58,855 bases of DNA from the NCBI GenBank assembly GCA_018433345.1, contig JAHDRK010000036.1:1-58855 (forward strand). The letters run 5' to 3'. A program made the translations under genes and the position numbers. Origin of the DNA: Syntrophobacterales bacterium (GTDB taxonomy: Bacteria > Desulfobacterota > Syntrophia > Syntrophales > UBA2210). Below, one piece after another: positions 31,772 to 41,414 of this stretch (within the stretch, counting starts at the first letter, position 1; the number at the start of each line of letters is the position of its first letter). The notes under the pieces were generated by a model, which saw nothing but the letters and a program-made list of their open reading frames with translations, did not search any database and was not told the DNA's origin.

Positions 31772-33268
31772 ATGATTGGAAAGAAATTATTTGTTTTGGT
31801 TGCGATACTCACCTTTGTCATGGCTGGTCAGGCGCCGGTTGTAGCCGAGACGACATCAACGGACGTCGTTGTCGTGGGTGCGGGTGCCGCGGGATTGGCT
31901 GCGGCCGTCACGGCCGCCGAAGGAGGCGCGAAGGTCGTTTTGCTGGAAAAGATGCCTACAGTCGGCGGAACGACCAACTTTGCCGAAGGTGTCTTTGCAG
32001 TTGAAAGCCGCCTGCAGCGGGAAAAAAATATCGCTTGCAGCCGCGACGATTTATTCAAATACCTGATGGAATACACTCACTGGCGCGCCAACGCCCGGCT
32101 GGCCCGGGCTTTCATCGATAAGTCCGCGGAAACCATCGAGTGGCTGGAGGATCGAGGCGTTGTATTCAAAGAGCCGGCGGCCAATTATCCCGGCGGTCTC
32201 ATGACGTGGCATATCGTGGAAGGGCGCGGCAAGTCGCTGGCTCAGGCACTTTATGACAGGGCCAGGGAAAAAGGCGTGACGGTTATGCTCAGGACAGCCG
32301 GTAAAGAGTTGATAAAGGACGATGACGGCCGCATCTCCGGGATCATTGCTGAAGGCGCCGGCGGCAAAAAAATCAAAATCGACAGTAGGGTCGTAATCAT
32401 TGCCACCGGTGGATACATCAACAACAAGGAAATGTTGGATAAATATACGGCCTTTGGCAGAGACATCATCCCGGTGGGTAATGTCGGCAAAAACGGCGAG
32501 GGCATCCTGATGGCCTGGGCGGCGGGCGCCGACGAATTCGGCACGGAGGTGCTGCAGCTTTATCGCCCCGGCATCCCCGGGGAGGGTCCGGAATCGCACC
32601 TCAACGCTCCCGCCCGTCAGCCCTATCTCTGGGTAAACAAGCTGGGAGACCGTTTCTGCGACGAAAGCATTATCTTCTCATGGCCCTTTGCGGGTAACGC
32701 CCTTGCCAACCAGCCCGGACGCGTCATGTATGTCATTATCGATGAGAACACGAAAAAGTACATGATAGAAAAAGGCATCGATGTGGGCGTGGGTGTGATG
32801 GTTCCCGTGGCTACCAAGCTGACCAACCTGGAGAGCGATATAAAACGCGGCCTTGATAAGGGCTTTGTTTTCGCGGCCTCTTCCATAGGAGAACTTGCGG
32901 AAAAAATCGGAGCGCCGCCGGCGCGACTACAGGCCACCGTGGAGGAGTACAACAAGATGGCCGATCAAAACAAGGATACCCTTTTCGCTAAAGATCCCAA
33001 ATACCTTCAGCCGGTCAGGACGGCCGACTTTTACGCCTTTAAAGCCGTTCCTTTCGCCTTGGGCACCCTCGGCGGTATTAAGATCAATCATAAAACCGAG
33101 GTCTTGGACAAAGGCCAAGAGGCTATCCCAGGTTTGTACGCCGTTGGGAACGACGCGGGAGGCATGTACGGCGACAGCTACGACGTGGTTCTTGCGGGGA
33201 GCACCCTCGGTTTTGCCGTCAATTCCGGGCGTATCGCCGGTGAAAACGCCTTGGAGTATCTAAAATAA
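31772..33268 (+). CDS. exported FAD-dependent oxidoreductase (flavocytochrome c/KstD-like family)
   Basis: Sec-type signal peptide; VGAGAAG; GGTTNFAEG; LGTLGGI; GNDAGGMYGDSY...G.TLGFA.NSG. Confidence 0.87.
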   Translation: MIGKKLFVLVAILTFVMAGQAPVVAETTSTDVVVVGAGAAGLAAAVTAAEGGAKVVLLEKMPTVGGTTNFAEGVFAVESRLQREKNIACSRDDLFKYLMEYTHWRANARLARAFIDKSAETIEWLEDRGVVFKEPAANYPGGLMTWHIVEGRGKSLAQALYDRAREKGVTVMLRTAGKELIKDDDGRISGIIAEGAGGKKIKIDSRVVIIATGGYINNKEMLDKYTAFGRDIIPVGNVGKNGEGILMAWAAGADEFGTEVLQLYRPGIPGEGPESHLNAPARQPYLWVNKLGDRFCDESIIFSWPFAGNALANQPGRVMYVIIDENTKKYMIEKGIDVGVGVMVPVATKLTNLESDIKRGLDKGFVFAASSIGELAEKIGAPPARLQATVEEYNKMADQNKDTLFAKDPKYLQPVRTADFYAFKAVPFALGTLGGIKINHKTEVLDKGQEAIPGLYAVGNDAGGMYGDSYDVVLAGSTLGFAVNSGRIAGENALEYLK

Positions 33269-33295
33269 TGATATGCCCATGGTAACATCGGATCT

Positions 33296-33330
33296 GCCGG
33301 AGAAGCGTAGTAACTACGGTTCTCTCCGGC
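33296..33330 (+). terminator. GC-rich stem-loop after flavoprotein gene
   Basis: GCCGGAGA...TCTCCGGC with inner CGTAG/CTACG pairing; no U tail. Confidence 0.35.
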
Positions 33331-33370
33331 TGGTCCACGATTTCCCTGCCGGGTTTGCCGGACGTGGAGC

Positions 33371-34546
33371 ATGACCAGTCCAAGAAAATTAGACATATTT
33401 CAGGGCCTGTTTGTTGTAGTTTTTGCCGTAACGCTCGGTTTCTCGGTGGTTAATCCGTTTTTTTCCGTTTACGTAAAAACACTTACGGAACGGGGATTGT
33501 TCATCGCGCTTGTCTTTTCAGGGTTTTTCCTGGCAAAGGTTATCTTTACTCCGTTTTTGTGCAGGAGGTCTGATTTTGCGGACAGGAGAATTTTCATCTT
33601 TGCCGGCCTCGTATTGCACACGATTGTCGCCTTTTTCTTTTTTCTCTTGCCGGAGAACGTGTTTTTCATCATTGTTTTACGGTTCCTCCAGGGTGTGGCC
33701 ACGGCCATGGTCCGTCCCGTCGCACAGGCGATCGTCGGTGACATTTCTCCTGAAAATCACGAGGGAACCTCAATGGGCACCTTCGATGTATCCTTCTACA
33801 TAGCCGCCGGAATCGGTCCCCTGCTAGGCGGGGCGGTGGGTGACATCATTGGATATAGGGGTATATTCGGGATACTTTTGTTGTTGTGTTTCATCGCGCT
33901 TCTTGTCTTGCTTGCAACTATGAGAGGGGGAACCCGGAGCTGTGCGAATCACATCGGTGACGTCAAGGAGGTAAAAACTGTTTTCGAAAATCCGAGATTG
34001 CAGGGGCTCTTCCCCTACATATTAACAAGGTCTTTCGGTATCGTTATCATGCCGGTCTTTCTTCCATTATTGCTTTATACCCGTTTTCATACCAATCACT
34101 TGGAAATCGGGATCTGCATCGCGGCGGGTCCCATTACCACGGCCTTGCTGCTCCGAGGAACGGGAAAACTTTCGGATCGTTGGAATCGCAAAACACTGGT
34201 AGCAGCGGGAGGTGTCGCGAGCGGGCTTTTTATGCTTTGTGTCCCGCTTGTGCAAAGTTTTTGGTTGATCGTGATTCTCTGCGTTTTACTGGCTTGCTCA
34301 AGCGCACTTTCCTTGCCCGCCAGCACCGCATTGCTGGTGGAAGAGGGCCGGGTCCACGGCCTGGGGTATACTATGGGACTTTTTCACACCGCCATGAATA
34401 TCGGATTCTTCCTGGGACTGATTATAGCGGGATTGTTGATGGACACCTTGGGAATTAGCAGCATTTTCTTTGCTGCCGGTTTGTTGGTCATGCTGGGGAC
34501 TTTGTTCTTTGTCCTCCGCCTCCACGGCATGGCGTGGGAACTATGA
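33371..34546 (+). CDS. MFS transporter
   Basis: About 12 hydrophobic segments; LRFLQG and GKLSDRWNRK motif-A repeats. Confidence 0.9.
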   Translation: MTSPRKLDIFQGLFVVVFAVTLGFSVVNPFFSVYVKTLTERGLFIALVFSGFFLAKVIFTPFLCRRSDFADRRIFIFAGLVLHTIVAFFFFLLPENVFFIIVLRFLQGVATAMVRPVAQAIVGDISPENHEGTSMGTFDVSFYIAAGIGPLLGGAVGDIIGYRGIFGILLLLCFIALLVLLATMRGGTRSCANHIGDVKEVKTVFENPRLQGLFPYILTRSFGIVIMPVFLPLLLYTRFHTNHLEIGICIAAGPITTALLLRGTGKLSDRWNRKTLVAAGGVASGLFMLCVPLVQSFWLIVILCVLLACSSALSLPASTALLVEEGRVHGLGYTMGLFHTAMNIGFFLGLIIAGLLMDTLGISSIFFAAGLLVMLGTLFFVLRLHGMAWEL

Positions 34547-34798
34547 TGATCTCTCTGCAAACTCTCTTGTGATTTCAACCGCCGAATCGGTTTTTATGAA
34601 CCATGAGGTTCTCCCGAACTTGTTGAAGGGCAGGACGCGAAGAGGGTGCAGGATGTATTCCATGTTTTGAGGATCTTGTCGAGTGATGAAAGGGGAACGT
34701 TGATTATAGCCCTCTCGCGGTTATAATCCGGACTTAAAGTAAGGTTTGTGTATTATATATATTTTTGATCCAAGGAAAAAACAATATGGAGGTGTGGT

Positions 34799-35374
34799 AT
34801 GAAGGTAGCTGGTTTCAACGGTAGTCCGCGTAAGGACGGCAATACCGCCTTGATGATCGAGGCGGTTTTTGAGGAACTTAGGAAAGAGGGGGTGGAAACG
34901 GAGCTTGTCCATGTAGCCCGCGGGCCGGTCCGGGGGTGCAAGGGTTGTCTCACGTGTGCGAAAAAGTTGAACAGGCGTTGTGTTGTCGATGATGATATAG
35001 TAAACGAATGCATTGAAAAGATGATTGATGCAGACGGTATCATCCTTGGGTCACCCACCTATTTCACCGACGTCACTGCCGAGATGAAGGCGCTTATTGA
35101 CCGGGCGGGAATGGTTTCGATAGTCAACGGCGGCATCTTAAAACATAAAGTGGGAGGAGCGGTCACGGCGGTGCGAAGAGGTGGAGCGATACATACCTTC
35201 GACACCATGAACCACTTCCTTCATTACATGCAGATGTTCCTGGTGGGCGCCAGTTATTGGAACATGGCCTATGGATTCAAGGCGGGCGAGGTGAAGGAGG
35301 ATGGGGAAGGAATGGCCAACATGAAATCGCTTGGTGAAAACATGGCATTCCTGCTCCGAAAGCTTAAAGGATGA
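34799..35374 (+). CDS. iron-sulfur flavoprotein (Isf-like flavodoxin family)
   Basis: GSPRKDGNT, CKGCLTC...C, GSPTYF, RRGG. Confidence 0.9.
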   Translation: MKVAGFNGSPRKDGNTALMIEAVFEELRKEGVETELVHVARGPVRGCKGCLTCAKKLNRRCVVDDDIVNECIEKMIDADGIILGSPTYFTDVTAEMKALIDRAGMVSIVNGGILKHKVGGAVTAVRRGGAIHTFDTMNHFLHYMQMFLVGASYWNMAYGFKAGEVKEDGEGMANMKSLGENMAFLLRKLKG

Positions 35375-35607
35375 TGGAACGGCCGATTATGGTTTTCCCG
35401 CGGGTGCCCCTGCCTTTCTGGAAAAGCGGGCAAGAAATTACATTTTCGAGAAAATTATCATAACGATAATTTATTGGTTTCCTCGATGCGAAAAAGTGAT
35501 ATGTTCCGGAAACAATTGCCGGATAGTCGATTACACGGGGATTGTGGGATCGTCTTTAAGTGCTTGAGGTTGGTAATAAACTTATATCATTGTCAAAAGG
35601 AGAAAAC

Positions 35608-36717
35608 ATGAACAAGATCGAAAGGGCGTTGATGCACGGCTTGTTTGTTCATCTGCATCACAACATCGACAAGGTAATCGATTTCAAGGGTTTCGAGGAA
35701 CTCAACCGGCAGGTTGCAAAGGTGTGGCCCGGCGCTTTACTCGTTGGCCCGGAAGCCAACGATGATGCCGCGGTATTTCAGCTTCCCGGGATGAACGGCT
35801 ATATTGTGGGCAAGATGGAGAGTCATTGCTCCCCTTGTGTGCCGCGTCCCTATGACGCTGCGGCCACCGGTGCAGGCGGGGCCATGCGAGACGTGGTCGC
35901 CATGGGAGGCCGCCCGGTGTTTCTCCTGGATTTCATCGGGACGCGACCCCTTGAAGAGGAGGTGATCGTGGGGCCCTGCGGTTTCTCCGGCCGCTGCACC
36001 TGTGGCAATTGCAAGGTGATGACCAGCGGGGAACGGGTCGATATCATGATCAAAGGCATCAGGGACATGTGTGCTCAGTTGGACGTGTTCGTAGTGGGAG
36101 GCGGGTTTTCCACTTCTTTTTCCGATATAGTGCCGGCGGTGGTCTGTGCCGTAATAGGGAAGTTGGTGACCGAGAAACCGCTTACCAAGCCCGCAAAGAA
36201 TCCTGGCGACAAGCTCGTTTTGATCGGGATCACCGGCAATGACGGTAACGACACTTTGTACCGCGCAGGCCTGGTGGATGAAATGAGACCGGCCCTGGCT
36301 CTCTTTAAAGAAGAAAAGATCGCCATGGAGGCTATTCTCGCCGCTTTTTCCACCGGGAAGATAAACGCCTGCTCCGACCTGGGCGCCGCCGGTCTGGGCG
36401 CCGCCGTATGCGAGTCGGCCAGGTTCGGCTCATTGGGGGCGCGGGTCGATCTTACAAAGGTTCCCGTGTCGGTTAAAGATATAACGCCCGAGGAAGTTCT
36501 TATCTGCGAGACCCAGGCGCGTTACCTGATCCAGGTTTCTCCCGATTCGGTGGACGAGGTCGTTGAGGCCCTTCGCACCAAAACCGAAAACGTGGCGGTA
36601 ATCGGAGAAATAGTGAAAGACGACAAAGAGGTATTCGAGTATGACGGCAAGGTGATCGCCGAGATACCCAATAAACCGTCAAGGGAAACCCTTGAGGCCC
36701 TGAGCAAAGCGGAATGA
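35608..36717 (+). CDS. stand-alone PurL-like (AIR synthase/PurM superfamily) ATP-dependent enzyme, single half only
   Basis: K.ESH..P, AATG.GG..RD..AMG.RP, G..G.DG, DLGAAGL, E.Q.R motifs of the PurL N-half; only 369 aa; ATG 35608 after AGGAGA. Confidence 0.8.
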   Translation: MNKIERALMHGLFVHLHHNIDKVIDFKGFEELNRQVAKVWPGALLVGPEANDDAAVFQLPGMNGYIVGKMESHCSPCVPRPYDAAATGAGGAMRDVVAMGGRPVFLLDFIGTRPLEEEVIVGPCGFSGRCTCGNCKVMTSGERVDIMIKGIRDMCAQLDVFVVGGGFSTSFSDIVPAVVCAVIGKLVTEKPLTKPAKNPGDKLVLIGITGNDGNDTLYRAGLVDEMRPALALFKEEKIAMEAILAAFSTGKINACSDLGAAGLGAAVCESARFGSLGARVDLTKVPVSVKDITPEEVLICETQARYLIQVSPDSVDEVVEALRTKTENVAVIGEIVKDDKEVFEYDGKVIAEIPNKPSRETLEALSKAE

Positions 36718-36777
36718 AGGGCCCCCCGGGCATCATATAGTCCGAGTCACCCGGTGAAAGAAAGCCTGGAGAACTAA

Positions 36778-37971
36778 GTGACGCGATACGATCGTTATTC
36801 AATGCCGCCCGCCGAAGAAACGGCCGAACTGACCGCCCTCGCAGCGGAGCTGGTGGAACGGAAATTTAAGCAGTTCGGATATCCCTTCGATCAAGGGGTC
36901 GCCATGACGGCCTATAACAAGTGGTTGGTGGACACCGGCCTTGCTGATATCACTCTGATAAACGTGGGTGATCCATGGAAGAAAGACTGGGACATGCTCT
37001 CCAGCGACGTGATCGAACGGAAGGTGCTCGATTTCTGGGCGAAGCATTACGGGTTCGAGGACAATTACTGGGGCGTCATAACCAACGGCGGCACGGACGG
37101 CAATATGCACGGCATCTATTTCGGCAGAAAGCTGCTGGAAAGGGAAACGGGAATCATGCCGATCCTGTACGTATCGGAGGAGGCGCACTATTCCGTCAAA
37201 AAACTGGCAGATGTACAGAATATTGAAGAGTGCGTGGTGAGGGCCTCCCCGGCGGGGCGGATGGACACGGAAGACCTGGAAGCGAAGCTCGATCCGTCGA
37301 GGCCGGCGCTTATAGTGATCGCCGTAGGGGGCACCTTCAAGTCGGCCATCGACGACCAGGAGGCCGTAAGCGCGGTGGTCGAACGTGTCGGACCCTGTGC
37401 CGTATACCGCCACGTGGATATGGCACTTATGGGTGGATACCTGCCCTTCCTTGACGATCCGCTGGCACGGTCCGTCGTGGACGTGCGGAAGATGCGCTTC
37501 GATTCTCTCGCCGTTTCAGGGCACAAGTTCATAGCCCTCAATGAACCGTGCGGGATGTTCATCTGCAAGCGCGAGGTGCTGGAGAAAACAAGATCCGCGC
37601 CGATTCCCTATCTTGCCGACAAGGTGATCCCCACTATCAGCTGCTCACGCAGCGGATTCGCCGCCTTGAAGATGTACTGGAGAATCGCCGTCACAACGGA
37701 AGAAGGCTTCCGGAGGCAGGCGAAACATGTACTGAAAATGACGGAATACCTGCGACGCAGGTTGGAAGACACGGCTCTCTTTACCCTCGTCAATCCCTTT
37801 GCCAATACCGTTTGCTTCACGCGCCCCGCGGATCGCATAGTCCATGAGTACGCCTTGGCTTGTAATCAGACGGCCGAGTTTGGATGCCTGGCCCACGTGG
37901 TGGTGATGCAGTACTTTACCGAGGAACTAATCGACCGCTTCATCGATGACATGATTTCTTCCACGGTGTAA
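36778..37971 (+). CDS. PLP-dependent group II amino acid decarboxylase (histidine/serine decarboxylase-like)
   Basis: GYP, N.GDPW, NGGTDGN..G, HYSV.K, H.D.AL.G..LPF, SGHK (PLP lysine), SRSG. Confidence 0.85.
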   Translation: MTRYDRYSMPPAEETAELTALAAELVERKFKQFGYPFDQGVAMTAYNKWLVDTGLADITLINVGDPWKKDWDMLSSDVIERKVLDFWAKHYGFEDNYWGVITNGGTDGNMHGIYFGRKLLERETGIMPILYVSEEAHYSVKKLADVQNIEECVVRASPAGRMDTEDLEAKLDPSRPALIVIAVGGTFKSAIDDQEAVSAVVERVGPCAVYRHVDMALMGGYLPFLDDPLARSVVDVRKMRFDSLAVSGHKFIALNEPCGMFICKREVLEKTRSAPIPYLADKVIPTISCSRSGFAALKMYWRIAVTTEEGFRRQAKHVLKMTEYLRRRLEDTALFTLVNPFANTVCFTRPADRIVHEYALACNQTAEFGCLAHVVVMQYFTEELIDRFIDDMISSTV

Positions 37972-38049
37972 TCGATGATTAAGCAGTGGGTTCTTCGGTC
38001 GTGCCGATTTTTATAAGCGGACCAAAAGGATAAGGCCCAGAGGCCCCTT

Positions 38050-38970
38050 GTGAATCTCATCGAGTCCAAGAGCAAATCAGAGCGGGCGGCTATACTGGCC
38101 ATCTCGGTCATAAGTTTGCTGATCGTCATGAAGTTGATCGCGGGTGTTGTAACCGGGAGCGTGGGTATACGGGCGGACGCCATACACAGTATCATGGATC
38201 TTTCGGGGGCGGTCATCGGATTGGTTGGAATAAGACTGGCCGGCAGACCCCCGGACAGCGGCCATCCTTACGGGCACAACAAGATAGAAAACCTGGCCGG
38301 TGCCGTCATAGCCGTTGTTATATTCCTTGCCGCCGTGGCGATCGTGTACGAAGCCGTGAAACGGTTTTTCACCGGGGCCGCGGTGGAGATGGCCGGCGTT
38401 GGTATCGTAGTTACAGTCTTTGCAATAGTCATTAACATCGGGATCTCCCGGTACGCGCTCCGAGTGGCGAAGTCGGAGGATTCCGTGGCCTTGGAAACGA
38501 CGGCCCGGGACCTGATGGCCGATGTCATGAGTTCAGCCTCCGTTCTGGCTGGGTTGATACTGGTCAGCATTACCGGCGTAGCGGCGCTCGATCCCATAGC
38601 GGCCCTGTTCGTGGCGATACTCATAATACGAACGGCATCCACGGCGATGAAAAAATCCATAAGCGGTCTCCTTGACACGAGCTTGCCCCGGGAAGAGCTT
38701 GAAAGTATAACCCGTATCATCGAAGGGTATGGTGATCGTATAGCGGGTTGGCACCAGCTCCGGACCCGTAAGGCGGGAGCGGAACGTTTCGTGGAATTTC
38801 ATCTGCTGATGCCTGGAAATATAAATGTAGAAGATGCCCATTCATTCGTCGATGAACTTCAGCGGGAAATCGAGGCCGTCCTCGCCCCTTGCCGGGTGAC
38901 CATTCACATCGAGCCCTGCGGCGACGACTGCGGGAACTGTTCCCTTACCTGTGATTTGGACAAAAAATGA
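38050..38970 (+). CDS. cation diffusion facilitator (FieF-like)
   Basis: ADAIHS..D, PPD..HPYGH.K.E, HQLRTR.AG, IHIEP; C-terminal Cys cluster. Confidence 0.92.
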   Translation: MNLIESKSKSERAAILAISVISLLIVMKLIAGVVTGSVGIRADAIHSIMDLSGAVIGLVGIRLAGRPPDSGHPYGHNKIENLAGAVIAVVIFLAAVAIVYEAVKRFFTGAAVEMAGVGIVVTVFAIVINIGISRYALRVAKSEDSVALETTARDLMADVMSSASVLAGLILVSITGVAALDPIAALFVAILIIRTASTAMKKSISGLLDTSLPREELESITRIIEGYGDRIAGWHQLRTRKAGAERFVEFHLLMPGNINVEDAHSFVDELQREIEAVLAPCRVTIHIEPCGDDCGNCSLTCDLDKK

Positions 38971-39135
38971 GCTGAAAGTTGTTTTCCTTTTCCCTCGCAT
39001 AAAGCGCGTTAATGCCCGGCAGGAGCGGCTTGCGGGTCTCCCCGCGGCAAGCTGTGCCTTTGCGCCCTTTAGTTGTTTTTGGTCACTTCGCCGAAACGCC
39101 TGCGGTTGAGATCAACCTTAAGAAGACTTGATGCG

Positions 39136-39177
39136 AGAAGGCCTCGCGCAAGAGAGATCGGAAGCGCGAGGCCTTCT
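39136..39177. terminator. 14-bp stem-loop between convergent genes
   Basis: AGAAGGCCTCGCGC...GCGCGAGGCCTTCT. Confidence 0.65.
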
Positions 39178-39188
39178 GTTTCGCTTGT

Positions 39189-41063
39189 TTATTCCAGGGG
39201 TGCCCCGGTGAAAACAGGTGAATCAGCCTTCAGGGGTGCCGATTCGTTGTTCTTGATGGCTTCGATTCGCCCGAAATACTTGGGGAATTCAGACTGAATG
39301 TAATACTGGGACGAAAGAACCCTGCCGGCGTAGTAGGCCGCTTCCGGGTCTTCGGCGATTTTTTTCCGGCGCTCTTCACCCTTGGCGTCACCCAGGATTT
39401 CCTTCATCTTTGGAATCGTTATGCTCAGGCTCCACAGGTGCAGCCAAGCCATTATGAGAGGGAACATGGCCTGCTGGAAGGGCGTGGCATTGAGAACCAG
39501 GGGGAGGATTTTCCCTTCGCCCAATTGAGCCTTCATCATTTCTATGACATCGTCGAGCGTCGCCAGCCCACGTTCCACGGGTTCCACGTATTTTTCATCC
39601 ACCACGCCCCTGGCCTTGTCGATGGCGGCGTTCATGTGCTTCCTGAGCTGCGAGTAGTTGTACATCTCGGGATTCATTAGTATCTTGCGCATCTGCAAAT
39701 CAAGTGACTGAATGGCGTTTGTGCCTTCGTAGATGGAAAAGACCTTGACGTCCCGGGCGTACTGTTCGACGGGGTATTCACTGCAGTATCCGTATCCCCC
39801 GTATACCTGGATGGCTTCGGCCGTAACCAGCCAAGCCTCGTCGGAAATGCCGGCCTTTACGATAGGAGTGAGGATTTCGACGATTCCGGTCGACGCCTTC
39901 TTTTCTTCCGGATCGGGGGAGGCGTGCATGATGTCTTCGTGGTAGGCCAGGAAGAGACAAAGCATGCGCATTCCTTCAATGGTGCTCTTCATGTACATGA
40001 GCGTCCGCCTGACGTCGGGGTGTTCGATAATGGGCACGCTGGGAGCGTTCTTGTCCATCGACTGGGTGATATGGGAACCCTGGATCCTGTTTCGCGCATA
40101 GGTGACGGCATGCATGTAACCGGCGCTGGAGCAGGCCTCGGCCTGGACACCGGTGTGAATGCGGGCGGCATTCATGAGTTGGAACATGATTTTCATTCCC
40201 TGCCGCTCTTCTCCAAGAAGATACCCGACGCATTTGCCGTTTTCACCGAAGTTGAGCGTTGAAGTCGCGTTCCCCTTGAGCCCCATCTTGTGCTCAATCC
40301 CCGCGCAGAGCACATCGTTTCGCTCTCCCAGGGAACCGTCGGGATTGACCAAGTACTTGGGCACTATAAAAATGGAGATGCCTTTCGTGCCTGGAGGGTC
40401 ACCTTCGATTCTCGCCAGCGTGGGGTGAATGATGTTTTCCGTCAAGTCGTGTTCGCCGTTGCTGATGAAAATTTTCTGGCCCGTGATGAGATAGGTGCCG
40501 TCTTCCTGTTTGACGGCCTTGGTTTTGAGGGCCCCGACGTCGGAACCGGCGCTCGGTTCCGTCAGGCACATGGTGCCGCCCCAGACCCCTTCGAACATCT
40601 TCGGCAGGAACATCTGTTTCAGCTCGTCGGAACCGAAATTCATGATAAGGGCCATCGCGCCGGTAACCGATCCACAGTACATGGTCAGCGATGTATTGCC
40701 TGCGTTGAAGTACTCGCCGCAGGCCATGGAAATGCTCGTGGGAAGACCCATGCCTCCCTCTTCCTGCGGGAAGGACAGGGTGTGGAAACAGGCCTCCATG
40801 TAGGCCCTGAATCCCTTGTGAAAAGATTCGGGTACGGTGACGGAATAATTTTGGGGATCATACTTCAGTCCGATCTTGTCTCCCTCGCTGTTGGACGGAT
40901 AGAACAGGTCTACGGCGATCTTTTCCGCCAAATTGAGGGTGTCTTCGTAGATGGAGCGATCATAATCACTGAATCGCTCTAATCGACTGAGTTTTTCCAG
41001 TTCCAGCAGTTCAAAGAGAACAAACCGGACATCACGTGAATCAACCAATGGGTTCGTAGACAT
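39189..41063 (-). CDS. acyl-CoA dehydrogenase (long, about 620-aa type)
   Basis: GTMCLTEP.AGSD, G.KIFI..GEHD, EHKMG, GGYGY..EY..EQ..RD, IYEGTN.IQ; GGAGGAGG RBS before 41063. Confidence 0.94.
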   Translation of the reverse strand: MSTNPLVDSRDVRFVLFELLELEKLSRLERFSDYDRSIYEDTLNLAEKIAVDLFYPSNSEGDKIGLKYDPQNYSVTVPESFHKGFRAYMEACFHTLSFPQEEGGMGLPTSISMACGEYFNAGNTSLTMYCGSVTGAMALIMNFGSDELKQMFLPKMFEGVWGGTMCLTEPSAGSDVGALKTKAVKQEDGTYLITGQKIFISNGEHDLTENIIHPTLARIEGDPPGTKGISIFIVPKYLVNPDGSLGERNDVLCAGIEHKMGLKGNATSTLNFGENGKCVGYLLGEERQGMKIMFQLMNAARIHTGVQAEACSSAGYMHAVTYARNRIQGSHITQSMDKNAPSVPIIEHPDVRRTLMYMKSTIEGMRMLCLFLAYHEDIMHASPDPEEKKASTGIVEILTPIVKAGISDEAWLVTAEAIQVYGGYGYCSEYPVEQYARDVKVFSIYEGTNAIQSLDLQMRKILMNPEMYNYSQLRKHMNAAIDKARGVVDEKYVEPVERGLATLDDVIEMMKAQLGEGKILPLVLNATPFQQAMFPLIMAWLHLWSLSITIPKMKEILGDAKGEERRKKIAEDPEAAYYAGRVLSSQYYIQSEFPKYFGRIEAIKNNESAPLKADSPVFTGAPLE

Positions 41064-41414
41064 ACAGTACCTCCTCCAGTTAAATAATTTTTTACCGGCC
41101 GTCATCGATGGTGCGATTAAACCACCAGGGACGACGAAACTGTTCCGTCCCAAGCCATGCGCCAGCCTGTTACTCAAACGGCCTTATCATGATTTTCATC
41201 TGAAAGCCACCGTGCAATTCGCAATGTTTAATATTGCCGTGCATGACCGTTTTCGTGGAAGTATTCCTTCTGTCCGACTGGGACCGGAAAGAACGGCATT
41301 AAACCATTATTTCATTGACAGGGTCGTAATCTGTCTATAAGTCCCCTGTGGAGCCGGTTCGTGATTCGGTGTCTTTAAACATGAAAATCATAAGGTGACA
41401 GGGGAGGAAAGAGC

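Noticed and set aside
35608-36717. Canonical purL, selD or hypE
   Set aside because: Half the length of PurL, key motifs altered, no purQ/purS; lacks the N-terminal Cys/Sec-x-x-Lys of SelD and the C-terminal PRIC of HypE
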